Positions 43,383-56,627 are shown, counted from the first letter of the stretch. The stretch: DNA of 64,000 nucleotides from an uncultured beta proteobacterium (GCA_963816165.1 CAWFJL010000010.1:65651-129650); one strand, 5' to 3'. Program-made: numbers and translations. The notes: generated by a model from the sequence alone, not told the origin.

Positions 43383-44760
43383 ATGGGGCGGTCTACTAAA
43401 CACGCGATCGTCATCGGCGGGCAGCATCGCCGGCCTGTGCGCCGCCCGCGTCCTGTCGGACTTCTATGAGCGGGTCACGGTCTACGAGCGCGACGAACTG
43501 CCCGACGGACCGGCGAACCGGCCCGCGGTGCCCCAGGACAGGCACGTCCATCTGCTGATGGCCCGCGGCGCGCAGGAGTTCGACACGCACTTTCCCGGTC
43601 TGCTCGACGACATGGTCGCCGCGGGCGTGCCGATTCTGGAGAACCGGCCGGACTGCATCCACTTCGGCGCAGCAGGCCACGTGCTGGGCACCCACCATCG
43701 GCTGCAGTCGGAGTTCACCGCGTACGTGCCGAGCCGGCCGCATCTGGAGTGGCAGATCCGTCGCCGGGTGGCGTCGATCGACAACGTCGACATGGTGCGC
43801 ACCGCGGTCAGCGAGCCTCGATTCGACGCCGGTCGGCAGCGGGTGACCGGTGTGGCGCTCGATTCGGGAGCGGCGGTCGACGCCGATCTCGTCGTCGATG
43901 CGGCGGGCAGAGGCACCCGTCTTCCGGTCTGGCTGGCGCAGTGGGGATTCGAGCGGCCTCGCGAGGAGATCCGTCGACGTCGGCATCGGCTACGCCACCC
44001 ATCAGTTACACATCCCTGACGGGTTGATCGCCGAAAAGGTCGTCGTCGCGGGCGCCTCCCGCGCACAGCCGCTCGGGGTGGGCATGCTCTTCTACGAGGA
44101 CGGCACCTGGGGCATGACCACGTTCGGAGTCGGCAAGGTCGAGCCGCCGCACGACTTCGCGGGCATGTGCGCGTTGGCCGACGAGATCCTGCCCGCGCAT
44201 GTCGCCTCCGCGATACGGCACGGTGCAGCCGATCGGCGATGTGGCGTTCCACAAGTACCCGACCAGCCGGTGGCGCCGCTACGACAAGCTCGATCGCTTC
44301 CCGACCGGGATCGTCCCGTTCGGCGACGCCGTCGTCAGCTTCAACCCGACCTTCGGCCAGGGCATGACGATGACGTCCCTGCAGACCGGTCACCTGAAGC
44401 GGGTACTCAGACACCCGGATCCCGACCTGGCAGCGCGACTTCAACCAGGCCGCCGCGAAGACGACCTACCCGGTGTGGACGATGAACGCGATCGGCGATC
44501 TGGCGTTGCACGGCGCCACGCGGGCCGATGCCGTGGTGGTACAAGCCGGTAGGCAAGTTGTTCGACCAGTTCCTCGGGCGCCGCGGAGACGGATCCCGTT
44601 CTGGCCGAATGGTTTCTGCGCCGGTTCAGCCTGCTCGACAGCCTCTACATGGTGCCGTCGGCACGCCTCGTCGGGCCGCACCATCCGCCACAACATGCGG
44701 CTGTGGTTGGCCGAGAGGAAGGCGGCCCGGCCTGCCGTGGTTACTGCGCAGACGGGATAA
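43383..44760 (+). CDS. FAD-dependent oxidoreductase (Rv3254 ortholog), frameshifted
   Basis: SIAGLCAARVL, VPQDRHVHLL, VVDAAGRG, GDAVVSFNPTFGQGMT. Confidence 0.85.
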
Positions 44761-44798
44761 CCGAGCGATACTGGAGGCCTGGCAATCGGAGGGCCACC

Positions 44799-45125
44799 AT
44801 GAGCTCGCAGATCAGGCCGCTCGAGGACCTGGCGGCAGTGCGACATCGCGTACTGGTTGGCGCCCGGTGGCAGGGACAACGGCGTATGGGCGGACATCGT
44901 GGGGTTGTCATCGCCGACCTCGATTCCGATGACGCAGCTGAGGTTCTCGAGCCTGTTGGCGAAGGCCGACGTCGGTGGCTACGTCGCCGTTCCCGGTGGG
45001 CGCAGAGCCAGGGCGCGCGGCCCGGTCTGCTCACTCGCGTCTGGGTCGATGCGATGCAGTACGGGCTCGCCGAGGAAGTGCTGATCAAATTCATGCGCGC
45101 CCGCTCAGCGCGGCGGCGGCCGTGA
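44799..45125 (+). CDS. Hypothetical protein
   Basis: 108-aa ORF with GGAGG RBS filling the gap; no motif recognised. Confidence 0.3.
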   Translation: MSSQIRPLEDLAAVRHRVLVGARWQGQRRMGGHRGVVIADLDSDDAAEVLEPVGEGRRRWLRRRSRWAQSQGARPGLLTRVWVDAMQYGLAEEVLIKFMRARSARRRP

Positions 45126-45181
45126 CTGAATGCGCGTAAGGCAATCCTCACAGGTAGCCTCGTGGCCATGACGGAGACGCG

Positions 45182-46134
45182 ATGAGCGCTGGTCTGTTCG
45201 GGCTTCTCGACGACGTCGCCGCTCTGGCTCGGCTCGCGGCCGCGTCGGTAGACGACATCGGCGCCGCCGCCGGACGCGCAACCGCCAAGGCCGCCGGAGT
45301 CGTCGTCGACGACACCGCTGTGACGCCGCAGTACGTGCACGGCATCGCCGCCGAGCGCGAGCTACCGATCATCAAGCGGATCGCGATCGGATCGCTGCGC
45401 AACAAGCTGGTGTTCATCCTGCCCGCCGCGTTGCTGCTCAGTCAGTTCGCGCCATGGCTGCTGACGCCGATCCTGATGGTCGGCGCGACTTATCTCTGCT
45501 ACGAGGGCGCCGAGAAGGTTTGGGGCCGCTTCATTGGACACGGCGGGCACAACGACCACGCCGCACCGACGGCGACGGTCGGCGCGGACGCCGAGAAGCA
45601 GATGGCCGCCGGCGCGATCCGCACCGATTTCATCCTGTCCGCCGAGATCATGGTGATCGCCCTCAACGAGGTGGCCGACCAAGCCGTTCTGGCCGCGGCT
45701 CATCATTCTGGCCGTCGTCGCCGTGGTCATCACCATCGCCGTCTACGGCGTGGTCGGCGCTCATCGTGAAGATGGACGACATCGGGCTGAGCCTGACGCA
45801 GCGCAGCTCACGATTCACGCAGCGGATCGGCCGCGGCTTGGTCGCCGGGATGCCCAAACTGCTGTCGGCGCTGTCGACCATCGGCACGGTGGCGATGCTG
45901 TGGGTCGGCGGCCACATCCTGCTCGTCGGAACCGACGCCGTCGGCTGGCACGGGCCCTACGGACTCGTGCACCACGCCGAAGATTTCGTCCATCACGCCG
46001 TCCAGGGCGTCGGCGGACTACTGGCCTGGCTCCTCAACACCGCGGTGTCGGCGGTGATCGGATTGGTCGTCGGCACCGTGGTCGTCGCGATCATGCACGT
46101 GCTGCCGTTCGGCCGCCGCGAGAAAGACCACTAG
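45182..46134 (+). CDS. DUF808 (YedI) family membrane protein, frameshifted
   Basis: MSAGLFGLLDD, KAAGVVVDD, AIRTDFILSAEIM, AMLWVGGHIL. Confidence 0.9.
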
Positions 46135-47368
46135 ATCCCCACGGTGGCGCGGAACAGCTTCGTCGGGCTCTCGGCGAGCAAGCCGGATCGGCCCGTCGTC
46201 GGCGGCCACCCACGCCGCAGCTCCGCGCTCGAGCGTCACCGCGCTTGCCTTGGCGTGCACCACCGTCGAACCCTCGGTGCACAACAGGATCTGCGGCCCG
46301 TCGTGGCGCGTCGGCGCGTCGATCTCGTGGCCGAGGTGCTCGCCGTCGATGCAGAGCACCGACACCGCGAACTCCGGCGCAGGCGTGTTGTACACCGAAT
46401 TCGATTCCGTCCCTGGTGATCTCGGGGACGGATGACGATCGTCGCTCGCCGGGCGTGAAGTCGAGCACGCGCAGCAGTTCGGGCACGTCGACGTGCTTGG
46501 GGGTCAGCCCGCCGCGCAACACGTTGTCGGAGTTGGCCATCACCTCGACGCCCACCCCGTGCAGGTAGGCGTGCAGGTTGCCCGCGGGCAGGTAGATCGC
46601 CTCGCCGGCGCCTGAGGGTGATCCGGTTCAGCAGCACGCTGGCCAGCACGCCCGCGTCGCCGGGATAGCGCTCACCGAGTTCGAGCACGGTCTTGGCCTC
46701 GGCGGCGAACTTCTTCTTGCCCGACCGGAGGTAGTGGATGCGCGCCCTCGATCACCGCGGGCACCAGCACGTCGAGGTCGGGCTGCGGAGCGGTGATCCA
46801 CGTGGTGAACAACGCGCGCAGTCCGTCGGCGTCGGACTGACCGGACAGCAGGTTGACGAACGGGTCGAGATCGCGTGACCGCGAGCGCGCGCATCAACTC
46901 GACGCTGCGCGCGGCCGGGCCGGAATCCGGCCAGCGCCTCGAATTGCCCTAGCGCAACCAGGAGTTCGGGCTTGTGGCTGCGGTCGCGATAGTTGCGGGT
47001 CGGGGCCGAGACGGGGATGCCCAGCTTCTCCTCGCGCGCGAATCCCTCCACGGCCTGCTCGGCGCTCGGATGCGCCTGCAGCGACAGCGGTTCGTCGGCG
47101 GCGAGCACCTTGACCAGGAACGGCAGTGTGTCGCCGAACCGGCCGCGCACGCGGCCTCCGAGCTGTCCCTCCGGATCGCTCTCGCAGCGTGTCGAGCAGA
47201 GACCGCTCGCCGTCGTCGGTCTCCAGCCACGCCGGGTCGCCCGGGATGGGCGCCGAACCACAGCTCGGCCTCGGGATGCGCTGTCGGACTTGGCCGTCCG
47301 GTGAAATCGGCAATCGCGGTTCGCGAACCCCATGCATAGGTCCGCACCGCTCCCCGTAGCAGGTTCAC
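46131..47368 (-). CDS. manA: Mannose-6-phosphate isomerase class I, frameshifted
   Basis: YAWGS, AELWFGAHP, LSLQAHP, HKPEL, EVMANSDNVLRGGLT. Confidence 0.95.
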
Positions 47369-47372
47369 TTGC

Positions 47373-48489
47373 TCAACCTCGAACCAGTCGCAGGTACACC
47401 GCCGTCATCTCCAATCGCACGGCCAGCATCGCCAGTTGTTGTTCCAGGCGTCCGGGTCCGGCGCGGCGGCGGCCAGCGTGCGCCTTCCGCCCCGAACGTC
47501 CAGCGACTCCGGCACGTCCTCGGCGTTGATCACGTCGACGTCGTCGAGCCCGCCGACACGCGCCGACACCACCGGCCGCTCGGCATCGGTGGTCAGCACG
47601 AAGGTGCGGACCCGGCGCGGCAGCGGACCGTCGATCTGCTCGTCGTGGAATATCGACTGCTCACGATCGGCGCCGGATTCGCCGCCCATCCCACCGTGCA
47701 GCGCCACCAGCGCGTCGGCCAGTCCGACCGCGGCCACCGCCTGGTGCGCGATGCGCAGCATGATCGGCGACGCCGTGACGGGCCAGCGCCAGCGTCGCCG
47801 CGTTGTCGCCCGCCAATGACGACCTCGCGTGCCCGACATGCGCTCGGCCAGCGTCTTGGCGGGATTGGTGAACAGTTCGCGGCCGGCGCTGTTGCGCAAC
47901 GCCTCGGCGTCCAGCTCGTCGGCCAGGCCGGCGAGATCCACCCGCAGAGCCCGGGTCCACCACGTGCAGCGACGCCAGGCCGGCAGCCAGGTAGCGGGAC
48001 AAGCCGAAGTCGTCGGGCACCCACACGCGCGGTGCCAGCGCGCACGGACCGGCCGGCGGTGGCGTCGCGCAGCGGGCCCTCGTACGGCGCGACGACGACG
48101 ACGCGCGCACCGCGACGCACAGCCGGTCGCGGCGGCCGACACCAGCGCGGGGTCGCCGGGGTCGTCGCCGGCGACGACCAACACGTCGAGCGCGCCGATC
48201 CACGGCGGCACCTCGGAGGCGACGACGATCGGCGCGCGCCACCGAGCCGCCCAGCGCGGCCGCGAGCATCGAGCCCGCCGTCTCTGCGTTACCGCGGCCG
48301 GCCACCCAGATCGACGGTGCGGGGCGGCTGGTCGGACTGCAGCGGATCCAGCTCGCCCTCGTCGAGCGCCGCGGCGGTGGCGCGCACCTGCGCGCCTGCC
48401 ATCGACGCCGCGCGCAGCAAACCGTCTCGGTCGGCGGCGAGCAGGCCTTCCACGTCGTCGAGGTCGACGACCGCGTGCGTGGCGTTCAC
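47373..48489 (-). CDS. TobH-like protein (Rv3256c ortholog), frameshifted
   Basis: VDLDDVEGLLAADRDGLLRAASMAGAQVRA, ELFTNPAK; synteny. Confidence 0.82.
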
Positions 48490-49899
48490 GTGGCCGCCTC
48501 GGAGTCTGAGGAGATCCTGCGCCTTCGAACTATCTGGGAGACCAGCCCGACGATTTCGTCGACCTCTTCGGTGGTGCGGGCCTCGACGTTGAGCCGCAGC
48601 AACGGCTCGGTGTTGGACATGCGCAGGTTGAACCAGCTGCCCTCGCCGAGATCGACGGTCACGCCGTCGAGGTGGTCGATGGACTGGATGCGGGAGCCGA
48701 ACGACTGTCAGCACGGCGTCGACGCACGCCTCGGCGTCGGTGACGGTGAAGTTGATCTCGCCGGACGCCTCGTAGCGCTGGTAGTCGGCCATCAGGTCCG
48801 ACAACGGCCGGTCCTGCTCGCCGAGCGCGGCGAGCACGTGCAGCGCGGCCAGCATGCCGGAGTCGGCACCCCAGAAGTCGCGGAAGTAGTAGTGCGCCGA
48901 GTGCTCGCCACCGAAGATCGCTCCGGTGTCGGCCATCAGCGCCTTGATGTAGGAGTGGCCGACGCGCGAACGCACGGGCGTGCCACCACGCTCGGCGACC
49001 AGTTCCGGTACCGCGCGCGAGGTGATCAGGTTGTGGATCACCGTGGCGCCGATCTCTCGGTTCAGTTCCCGCGCGGCGACCAACGCCGTCACCGCCGACG
49101 GCGAGACCGGTTGCCCCTTCTCGTCGACGACGAAACACCGGTCGGCGTCACCGTCGAAGGCCAGTCCGATGTCGGCGCCGGTCTCCAGCACGTGCGCCTG
49201 CAGGTCGACGAGGTTCGCCGGGTCCAGCGGATTGGCCTCGTGGTTGGGGAACGTGCCGTCGAGTTCGAAGAACAGCGGCAGCAGCGTGATCGACGGGATC
49301 GACCCCAGCACCGCGGGAGCGGTGTGGCCGGCCATGCCGTTGCCGGCATCGACGGCGACCTTCAGCGGCCGCAGCTCGGCCAGGTCGACCAGCGATCGCA
49401 GGAACTCGCCGTAGTCGGCCAGCACGTCGCGTTCGGTGATCGCGCCGCGCGGCCCGTCGTAGCGCCGGCACTCCGGCGATGACCTCCTCGCTGATCACGG
49501 TCAGCCCGGTGTCCTTGCCGACGGGCTTGGCGCCGGCCCGGCACAGCTTGATGCCGTTGTAGGCGGCCGGGTTGTGGCTGGCGGTGAACATCGCGCCGGG
49601 ACAGTCCAGCAGACCCGACGCGAAGTACAGCTGATCGGTCGACGCCAGCCCGATCCGCACCACGTCGAGGCCCTGCGCCACGACGCCCTCGGCGAACGCG
49701 TCCGCCAGCGACGGCGAGCTCGCCCGCATGTCGTAGCCGATCACGACTCCGCGCAGCGGCGTTCGTCGATCGCGCATCGAGGCCGCGCGAATGCGCCGCC
49801 GACCTCGGCGACGAACTGTTCGTCGAGTTCCTCGCCGACCAGGCCGCGCACGTCATACGCCTTGATGACGCGGTGGACAGCCGCGGCGGGCCGGGACAT
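48486..49899 (-). CDS. pmmA: Phosphomannomutase/phosphoglucomutase, frameshifted
   Basis: KAYDVRG, TASHNP, AFDGDADR, GGEHSAH. Confidence 0.95.
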
Positions 49900-49986
49900 A
49901 GAACTCCTTGCGAAGAGGGACTGCTGGCGCCAGCCTAACCGTCGGACGGCGCCGAGACAGCTCGGCAGTCGCATCGGCCTAGTCGG

Positions 49987-50409
49987 CTAATCGACGGGGT
50001 CGGGCAACACCCGCAGGTGGCCGCGCTACGCCGCCCGTTTGACTCGGACCGTGCGGGCCGGCGGTGCCATCAGCGCGCCGCCGTGCACACCGGTCGTCGG
50101 ATCGGAAAAGCCTGCGGCGACGCCGTTGATCGGCGGCGCGCCGTCACGCCCTTCACGGACCGCGTCGGCCAGCGCCACCAGATCGTCCTCGTCGGGGTGC
50201 GACGGCAGCGGCCCCGCGTGGCGAACCAGCTCCCAACCGCGCGGCGCGGTGATCCGGCCGGCGTGCAGCACGCACAGGTCCCACGAATGCGGCTCGGAGA
50301 CCGTGGCCAGCGGTCCGACGACGGCCGTCGAGTCGGAGTAGACGAAGGTCAGCGTCGCGACCGCATAGTGGGGGCACCCGGGCCGGCAGCAGCGACGGGG
50401 AACGTTCAC
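49987..50409 (-). CDS. DUF3499 protein (Rv3258c ortholog)
   Basis: RRCCRPGC...ATLTFVYSDSTAVVGPL...WDLC..HA...HLRVLPDP. Confidence 0.88.
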
Positions 50410-50562
50410 AGCGAGAGGTTATCGTGCGCAAACGCCGCAAGCCGCCGGACACGCGCGCCATCAGACGCCCGATCTCCAACCGTTACGATCTGTCTCGTGG
50501 CGGCGAGGAGCACTCGATAACCGGCACTGGCGCGGACACCTCGATCACGCCGCGGCCGCGAA

Positions 50563-50988
50563 ATGCGCGGCCCGCTGCTTCCGCCGACGGTGCCCGGCTG
50601 GCGCAGCCGCGCCGAGCGGTTCGACATGGCGGTGCTCGAGGCCTACGAGCCGATCGAGCGGCGCTGGCAGGACCGGGTGTCGGCACTGGACGTCGCGGTC
50701 GACGAGATTCCGCGCATCTCGCCGAAGGACCCCGACAGCGTGCAGTGGCCGCCGGAGGTGATCGCCGACGGCCCGATCGCGCTGGCCCGGCTGATTCCGG
50801 CGGGCGTCGACGTCCGCGGCAATGCCACGCGGGCGCGAATTGTGTTGTTCCGCAAGCCGATCGAGCGACGGGCGAAGGACACCATCGAACTCGCCGAGCT
50901 GCTGCACGAGGTCCTGGTGGCTCAGGTGGCCACGTATCTGGGCGTCGAACCTTCTGTCATCGACCCGACGATCGACGACGAGGCGTGA
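50563..50988 (+). CDS. Zincin-like metallopeptidase family protein (Rv3259 ortholog)
   Basis: MRGPLLPP..PGWRSRAERFD...IVLFRKPIERRA...LHEVLV. Confidence 0.85.
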   Translation: MRGPLLPPTVPGWRSRAERFDMAVLEAYEPIERRWQDRVSALDVAVDEIPRISPKDPDSVQWPPEVIADGPIALARLIPAGVDVRGNATRARIVLFRKPIERRAKDTIELAELLHEVLVAQVATYLGVEPSVIDPTIDDEA

Positions 50989-51018
50989 CCTAGTCGATGA
51001 ACGCTTGCGCGAAGAGCG

Positions 51019-51428
51019 TCAGATGATGCCGCGCTTGAGGCGGCGGCGCTCCCGCTCGGACAGGCCGCCCCAGATGCCGAAGCGCTCGTCGTGGGCCAGC
51101 GCGTACTCGAGGCACCGATCGCGCACCTCGCAGCCCAGGCAGATGCGCTTGGCTTCGCGGGTCGAGCCGCCCTTCTCGGGGAAGAACGCCTCGGGGTCGG
51201 TTTGCGCGCACAGCGCGCGCTCCTGCCATTGATCGTCGTTCGGCTAGCTTGCCGGCAATGCGGCGTCACATCACTCGGGTGATCGGGCACCAAACTCAAC
51301 TGGGGACGCGCTCGGCGTCCCAATCGGTGCCGGTCCGGTATTGGTGTGCGGCGTGCTGCCTACTGAGCCGAGCATCCGGTTGTCGAACCGGATCCGACAT
51401 GATCGAAATCGACCTGCTCATAAGACAT
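51019..51428 (-). CDS. whiB2: WhiB family regulator WhiB2/WhmD, frameshifted in the N-terminal part
   Basis: WQERALCAQTDPEAFFPEKGGSTREAKRICLGCEVRDRCLEYAL...FGIWGGLSERERRRLKRGII read on the minus strand. Confidence 0.95.
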
Positions 51429-51500
51429 TTTCCGCCTCCTCACCTGGTCTCGTAGATCCGTAATGTGAGCCCCACTATTGTGCTGTGCGGCCATCTCAAT

Positions 51501-51516
51501 TCGAACAAGTGATCGA
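51501..51516. promoter_or_regulatory. LexA (SOS) box-like site between whiB2 and fbiA
   Basis: TCGAAC-AAGT-GATCGA, one mismatch to the mycobacterial TCGAAC-N4-GTTCGA consensus. Confidence 0.7.
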
Positions 51517-51730
51517 ATCTCGGTCTGCGACACCGGAACCGGCCGGCCAACCGCGAAATGACACTGATGTGATTACACACGCGTTAGCTGCCGCGGTCAA
51601 GCGCTAGAACAGAAATTCATACCATTTCGTGACCCGAATTCGGCGCGTCGGCGCGTCGGCGTGTCTGTCACACCGTCGCGCCACGTGCTCCGCCCGAACG
51701 ACGCCGGCCGACGGCCTAGTGTCGGTCGAT

Positions 51731-52729
51731 GTGAAGGTCACGGTTCTGGTCGGCGGCGTCGGCGGCGCGCGCTTCCTGCTGGGCGTTCAGCACCTGTTCG
51801 GGCTGGGCCAGTTCTCCGCATCGCCGATGGGTCGCAATCGGATGACGATCTGACCGCCGATCGTCAACGTCGGCGACGACGCATGGATGCACGGCGTGCG
51901 GATCTGCCCGGACCTCGACACCTGCATGTACACGCTCGGCGGCGGCATCGACCCCGAACGCGGCTGGGGCCATCGCAACGAAACCTGGCATGCCAAGGAG
52001 GAACTCGCCGCCTACGGCGTGCAGCCCGACTGGTTCGGCCTCGGCGACCGCGACCTCGCCACCCACCTGGTGCGCAGCCAGATGCTGCGCGCCGGCTATC
52101 CGCTGTCGCAGGTGACCGAGGCGCTGTGCGAGCGCTGGAAGCCCGGCGCCCGACTGCTGCCCGCCAGCGACGACCGCAGCGAAACCCACGTCGTCGTCAC
52201 CGATCCCGACGACGGCGAGAAGCGGGCGATCCACTTCCAGGAGTGGTGGGTGCGCTACCGCGCACAGGTACCGACCCACAGCTTCGCGTTCGTCGGCGCC
52301 GACAAGGCCACCGCCGGCGCCCGGCGTCGTCGAGGCCATCGAGACCGCCGACGTCGTGCTGCTCGCGCCGTCCAACCCGGTGGTGAGCATCGGCGCGATC
52401 CTGGCCGTCCCGGGCATCCGCGGCGCGCTGCGGTCGACCGCGGCACGCGGTCATCGGCTACTCCCCGATCGTCGGCGGAAAACCGTTGCGCGGCATGGCC
52501 GACGAGTGCCTGTCGGTGATCGGCGTGGCGAGCACCTCGGAGGCGGTCGGCGGCCACTACGGCGCCCGCTCGCGGCGTCGGCATCCTCGACGGCTGGCTG
52601 GTGCACGAGGGCGACGACGCCGACATCGACGGCGTCGAGGTGCGGGCGGTGCCGCTGCTGATGACCGATCCGGCGACGACCGCCGAAATGGTGCGCGCCG
52701 GCCTAGATCTGGCGGGCGTGAAGCCGTGA
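51731..52729 (+). CDS. fbiA: 2-phospho-L-lactate transferase, frameshifted
   Basis: KVTVLVGGVGGARFL, ICPDLDT, WFGLGDRDLATH, APSNPVVSIG. Confidence 0.95.
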
Positions 52730-54106
52730 CGACCATGGGTCGGCCAGGCCGATGACGGCGACACCGGATCGGCGCCCGCGGCGCCGTCGAAATGCTTCCG
52801 GTGCCTGGACTGCCCGAGTTCCGGCCGGGCGACGACCTGGCCGCCGCGATCGCCGACGGCCGCACCCTGGCTGCGCGACGACGACGTCGTGGTCGTCACC
52901 AGCAAGGTGGTGTCCAAGTGCGAGGGCCGGATCGTCGACGCCCCGACCGATCCGGAAGCAGCGGGACGCATCTGCGGCGCAAGCTGATCGATGCCGAGGC
53001 CGTGCGGGTTCTGGCCCGCAAGGGCCGGACTCTGATCACCGAGAACGCACTCGGCCTCGTGCAGGCCGCGGCCGGGGTCGACGGCTCCAACGTCGACGCC
53101 GGCGAACTCGCGCTGCTGCCGATCGATCCGGACGGCAGCGCCGCGGCCCTGCGGATCGGCGCTGCGCGACCGGCTCGGCGTCACCGTCGGCGTGTCGTCA
53201 CCGACACGATGGGCCGGGCCTGGCGCAACGGCGCAGACCGACGTCGCGATCGGTGCGGCGGGCCTGACGGTGCTGCACGGCTACGCGGGTCGCAGGACCG
53301 GCACGGCAACGAACTGATCGTCACCGAGATCGCCGTCGCCGACGAGATCGCCGCCGCCGCCGATCTGGTCAAGGGCAAGCTGACCGACATCCCGGTCGCG
53401 GTGGTGCGCGGACTGTCGCTGCCCGACAACGGATCCAACGCACGCGACCTGCTGCGGCCCGGCGAGGAGGACCTGTTCTGGCTGGGCACCGAGGAGGCGA
53501 TCGCGCTGGGCCGCAGCCAGGCGCAGCTGCTGCGCCGGTCGGTGCGCGCAGTTCACCGCCGAGCCCGTCGCACCCGAGCTCATCGAGGCCGCCGTCGCCG
53601 AAGCGCTGACCGCGCCGGCGCCACACCACACCCGGCCGGTGCGGTTCGTGTGGGTGCGGGACCCCGAGACGGCGGCTCGGCTGCTCGACCGGATGAAGGA
53701 CGCAGTGGCGCGCCGACCTGACCGGCGACGGCCGGCCCGCCGACGCCGTCGAGCGCCGCGTCGGCCGCGGCCAGATCCTTTACGACGCACCCGAACTCGT
53801 CATCCCGTTCATGGTGCCCGACGGCGCGCACAGCTACCCCGACGCCGGCACGCACCGCCGCCGAGCACACGATGTTCACCGTCGCGGTCGGCGCCGCCGT
53901 GCAGGCGCTGCTGGTGGCGCTGGCCGTGCGCGGGGTGGGCAGCTGCTGGATCGGCTCGACGATCTTCGCCGCCGACCTGGTGCGCGACGAACTCGGCGCT
54001 GCCCGCCGACTGGGAACCGTTGGGCGCCATCGCGATCGGCTATCCCGACGAGCCGTCCGGCCCACGCGATCCGGTGCCGACCGACGGCCTGCTGGTGCGC
54101 AGGTGA
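52726..54106 (+). CDS. fbiB: F420-0:glutamate ligase with C-terminal nitroreductase domain, frameshifted
   Basis: [51 protein letters not shown]. Confidence 0.93.
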
Positions 54107-54653
54107 GCCTGCACGACTCGGCGGTCGCGACGCTGACCGCGTTGGCAGCCACCCGATCCCGCGCAGGACACGCTGCGCCACGCGGTGCTCGCGTTCCTCG
54201 CCGCCCGGCCCGACGGCTGCCTGCGCGCAGTGCGTGCCGGGCCACGTCACCGGCTCGACGCTGGTGCTCGACCACACCGGCACCCACGCGCTGCTCACGC
54301 TGCATCCGCGGTTCGGCCGCTGGCTGCAGCTCGGCGGGCACTGCGAGGACACCGACGCCGACATCGTCGCCGCGGCGCTGCGCGAGGCGACCGAGGAGTC
54401 CGGCATCGACGGCCTGACGATCGATCCGACGCTGGCGGCCCTGCACGTGCACCCCGTCACCTGCTCGCTCGGCGTGCCGACCCGCCACCTCGACATGCAG
54501 TTCGTCGTGCACGCGCCCGGCGGGCGCCGAAATCGCCGCAGCGACGAGTCACTGGACCTGCGCTGGTGGCCGCTGGACGCGCTGCCCGATGACTGCGATT
54601 TCGGCCTCGCGCAGCTCGCGATGGCGGCGAGCCGCCGAATCACCACAACCTAG
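54103..54653 (+). CDS. NUDIX hydrolase, frameshifted
   Basis: [15 protein letters not shown]...[11 protein letters not shown] Nudix box. Confidence 0.88.
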
Positions 54654-55736
54654 ACGTCGGTCGAGTAGCGGATGCCGCCGTCGGGGATCGTGACCCCCGG
54701 CCACACCCGCGCGCCGCGCAGCAGTTCGCAGCGCGCGCCGATGTCGGCGCCGTCGCCGATCACGCCGTCGCGGATCAGCGCGCGCGGGCCGATCCGGGCA
54801 CCGAACCCGATGATCGAGCGCTCGATCACCGCGCCGGCCTCGACCTGCGCACCGTCGAAGATCACCGCGCCGTCCAGCCGCGCGCCCGCGCCCGATCTCG
54901 GCGCCGCGGCCGACGACCGTGCCGCCGATCAGCAGCGCGCCGGGCGCCACGGCGGCGCCGTCGTGCACCAGCTTCTCGCCGCGGTGGCCGTCCAGCGCCG
55001 GCGACGGCGCGATGCCGCGGACCAGGTCGGCCGAGCCGCGGACGAAGTCCTCCGGCGTGCCCATGTCGCGCCAGTAGGTGGCGTCGACGTAGCCGCACAC
55101 CCGCAGGCCGTCGGACAGCAGGCCCGGGAACACCTCGCGCTCCACCGACACCGCGCCGGCCCGTCGGGATCCGGTCGATGACCTCGCGCTGGAACACGTA
55201 GCAGCCGGCGTTGATCTGGTCGGTCGGCGGATCCTGCGTCTTCTCCAGGAACGCCGTGACCACGCCGTCGGCATCGGTCGGCACACAGCCGAAGGCGCGC
55301 GGGATCGCCGACCCGGACCAGGTGCAGCGTGACGTCGGCGTCGTTGTCGTCGTGGCTGTCGAGCAGCGCACGCAGGTCGGCGCCGGAGAGCACGTCGCCG
55401 TTGAACACCATCGCGGTGTCGTGCCGCAGCTTCGACGCGACACGTTGCGCGATGCCGCCGCCGGTGCCCAGCGGCTCGGTCCTCGACGACGTAGTCGATC
55501 TGCAGCCCGAGCTTGGACCCGTCACCGAACTCCGTCTCGAACACCTCGGCCTTGTACGACGTGCCCAGCACCACGTGCTCGATGCCGGCCTCGGCGATCC
55601 GCGACAGCAGGTGGGTCAGGAACGGCAGGCCCGCGGTCGGCAGCATCGGCTTGGGGGCCGACAGCGTCAGCGGGCGCAGCCGGGTGCCCTGCCCGCCGAC
55701 CAGGACGACGGCATCCACTTCTGCCGGATTGACCAC
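54650..55736 (-). CDS. manB: Mannose-1-phosphate guanylyltransferase (Rv3264c ortholog), frameshifted
   Basis: [13 protein letters not shown]...[23 protein letters not shown], hexapeptide tail. Confidence 0.92.
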
Positions 55737-56627
55737 TGAGCGCCGTCCTTTCGCCTGCTTTCGCCGGGAACTGCGCACCACCAGGCCTGCACGCGCCGCG
55801 AGCGCGGCCCTAATCGTCCACCGCAGCGGCGCCTGCCACCAGTGCGGATAACGATCCGCCAGGAAAGTGTAGGTGCTGGTGTGGTGGGCCGCCAAGTTGC
55901 GGGCCGGGTCGCGGCCGGTCGCGTGGCCCTTGTCGTGCAAGATCTCCGCCGACGGCACGTAGACGTTCTGCCAGCCGGCCCGGCCGAGGCGATCACCGAG
56001 GTCGACGTCCTCCATGTACATGAAGTAGCGCTCGTCGAAGCCCGGCACCTCGTCGAATGCGGCCCGCCGCAGCAACAGGCACGACCCCGACAGCCAGCCG
56101 ACCGGACGTTCGCTGGGCTCGAGTTCGCTCCTGCCGGTAGGCCGCCGTCCACGGGTTGGACTGCCACAACGGGCCGACGACGGCGTGCATGCCGCCGCGG
56201 ATCAGGCTCGGCAGATGGCGCGCCGACGGGTACACCGAGCCGTCCGGGTCGCGGATCAGCGGTCCCAGCGACACCGGCCCGCGGCCAGCGCTGCGCCGCC
56301 TCGAGCAACGGATGTCGATGCTGCGCGGCCCCCACTGCACGTCGGGGTTGGCGACGATGAAGAACTCCGAATCGTCCGATCGCCGTCCGATACTCGGCGA
56401 CCGCGCGGTTCACCGCCGTGCCGTAGCCGAGGTTGGCGCCGGTGCGCAGCAGCCGGACGTTGGGATAGCGCTCCAGCCGCCTCCTCGGGTGCGCCGTCGG
56501 TGGACCCGTTGTCGGCCATGATGACCGTCACCGGCCGGTCGGTGGCATGCGCAAGCGTCGCCAGGAACCGGTCCAGGTGCGGCCCCGGTGAATACGTCAC
56601 CGTCACCACAACCAGTTCGTCACTCAC
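55737..56627 (-). CDS. wbbL1: Rhamnosyltransferase WbbL1 (GT2), frameshifted
   Basis: VVTVTYSPG, ADNGSTDG, YPSAR, FDERYFMYMEDVDL. Confidence 0.9.

Noticed and set aside
54549-56075. Apparent WbbL1-ManB fusion ORF (508 aa)
   Set aside because: Lies in a heavily frameshifted region where one indel at the junction would join two normally separate genes; needs read confirmation
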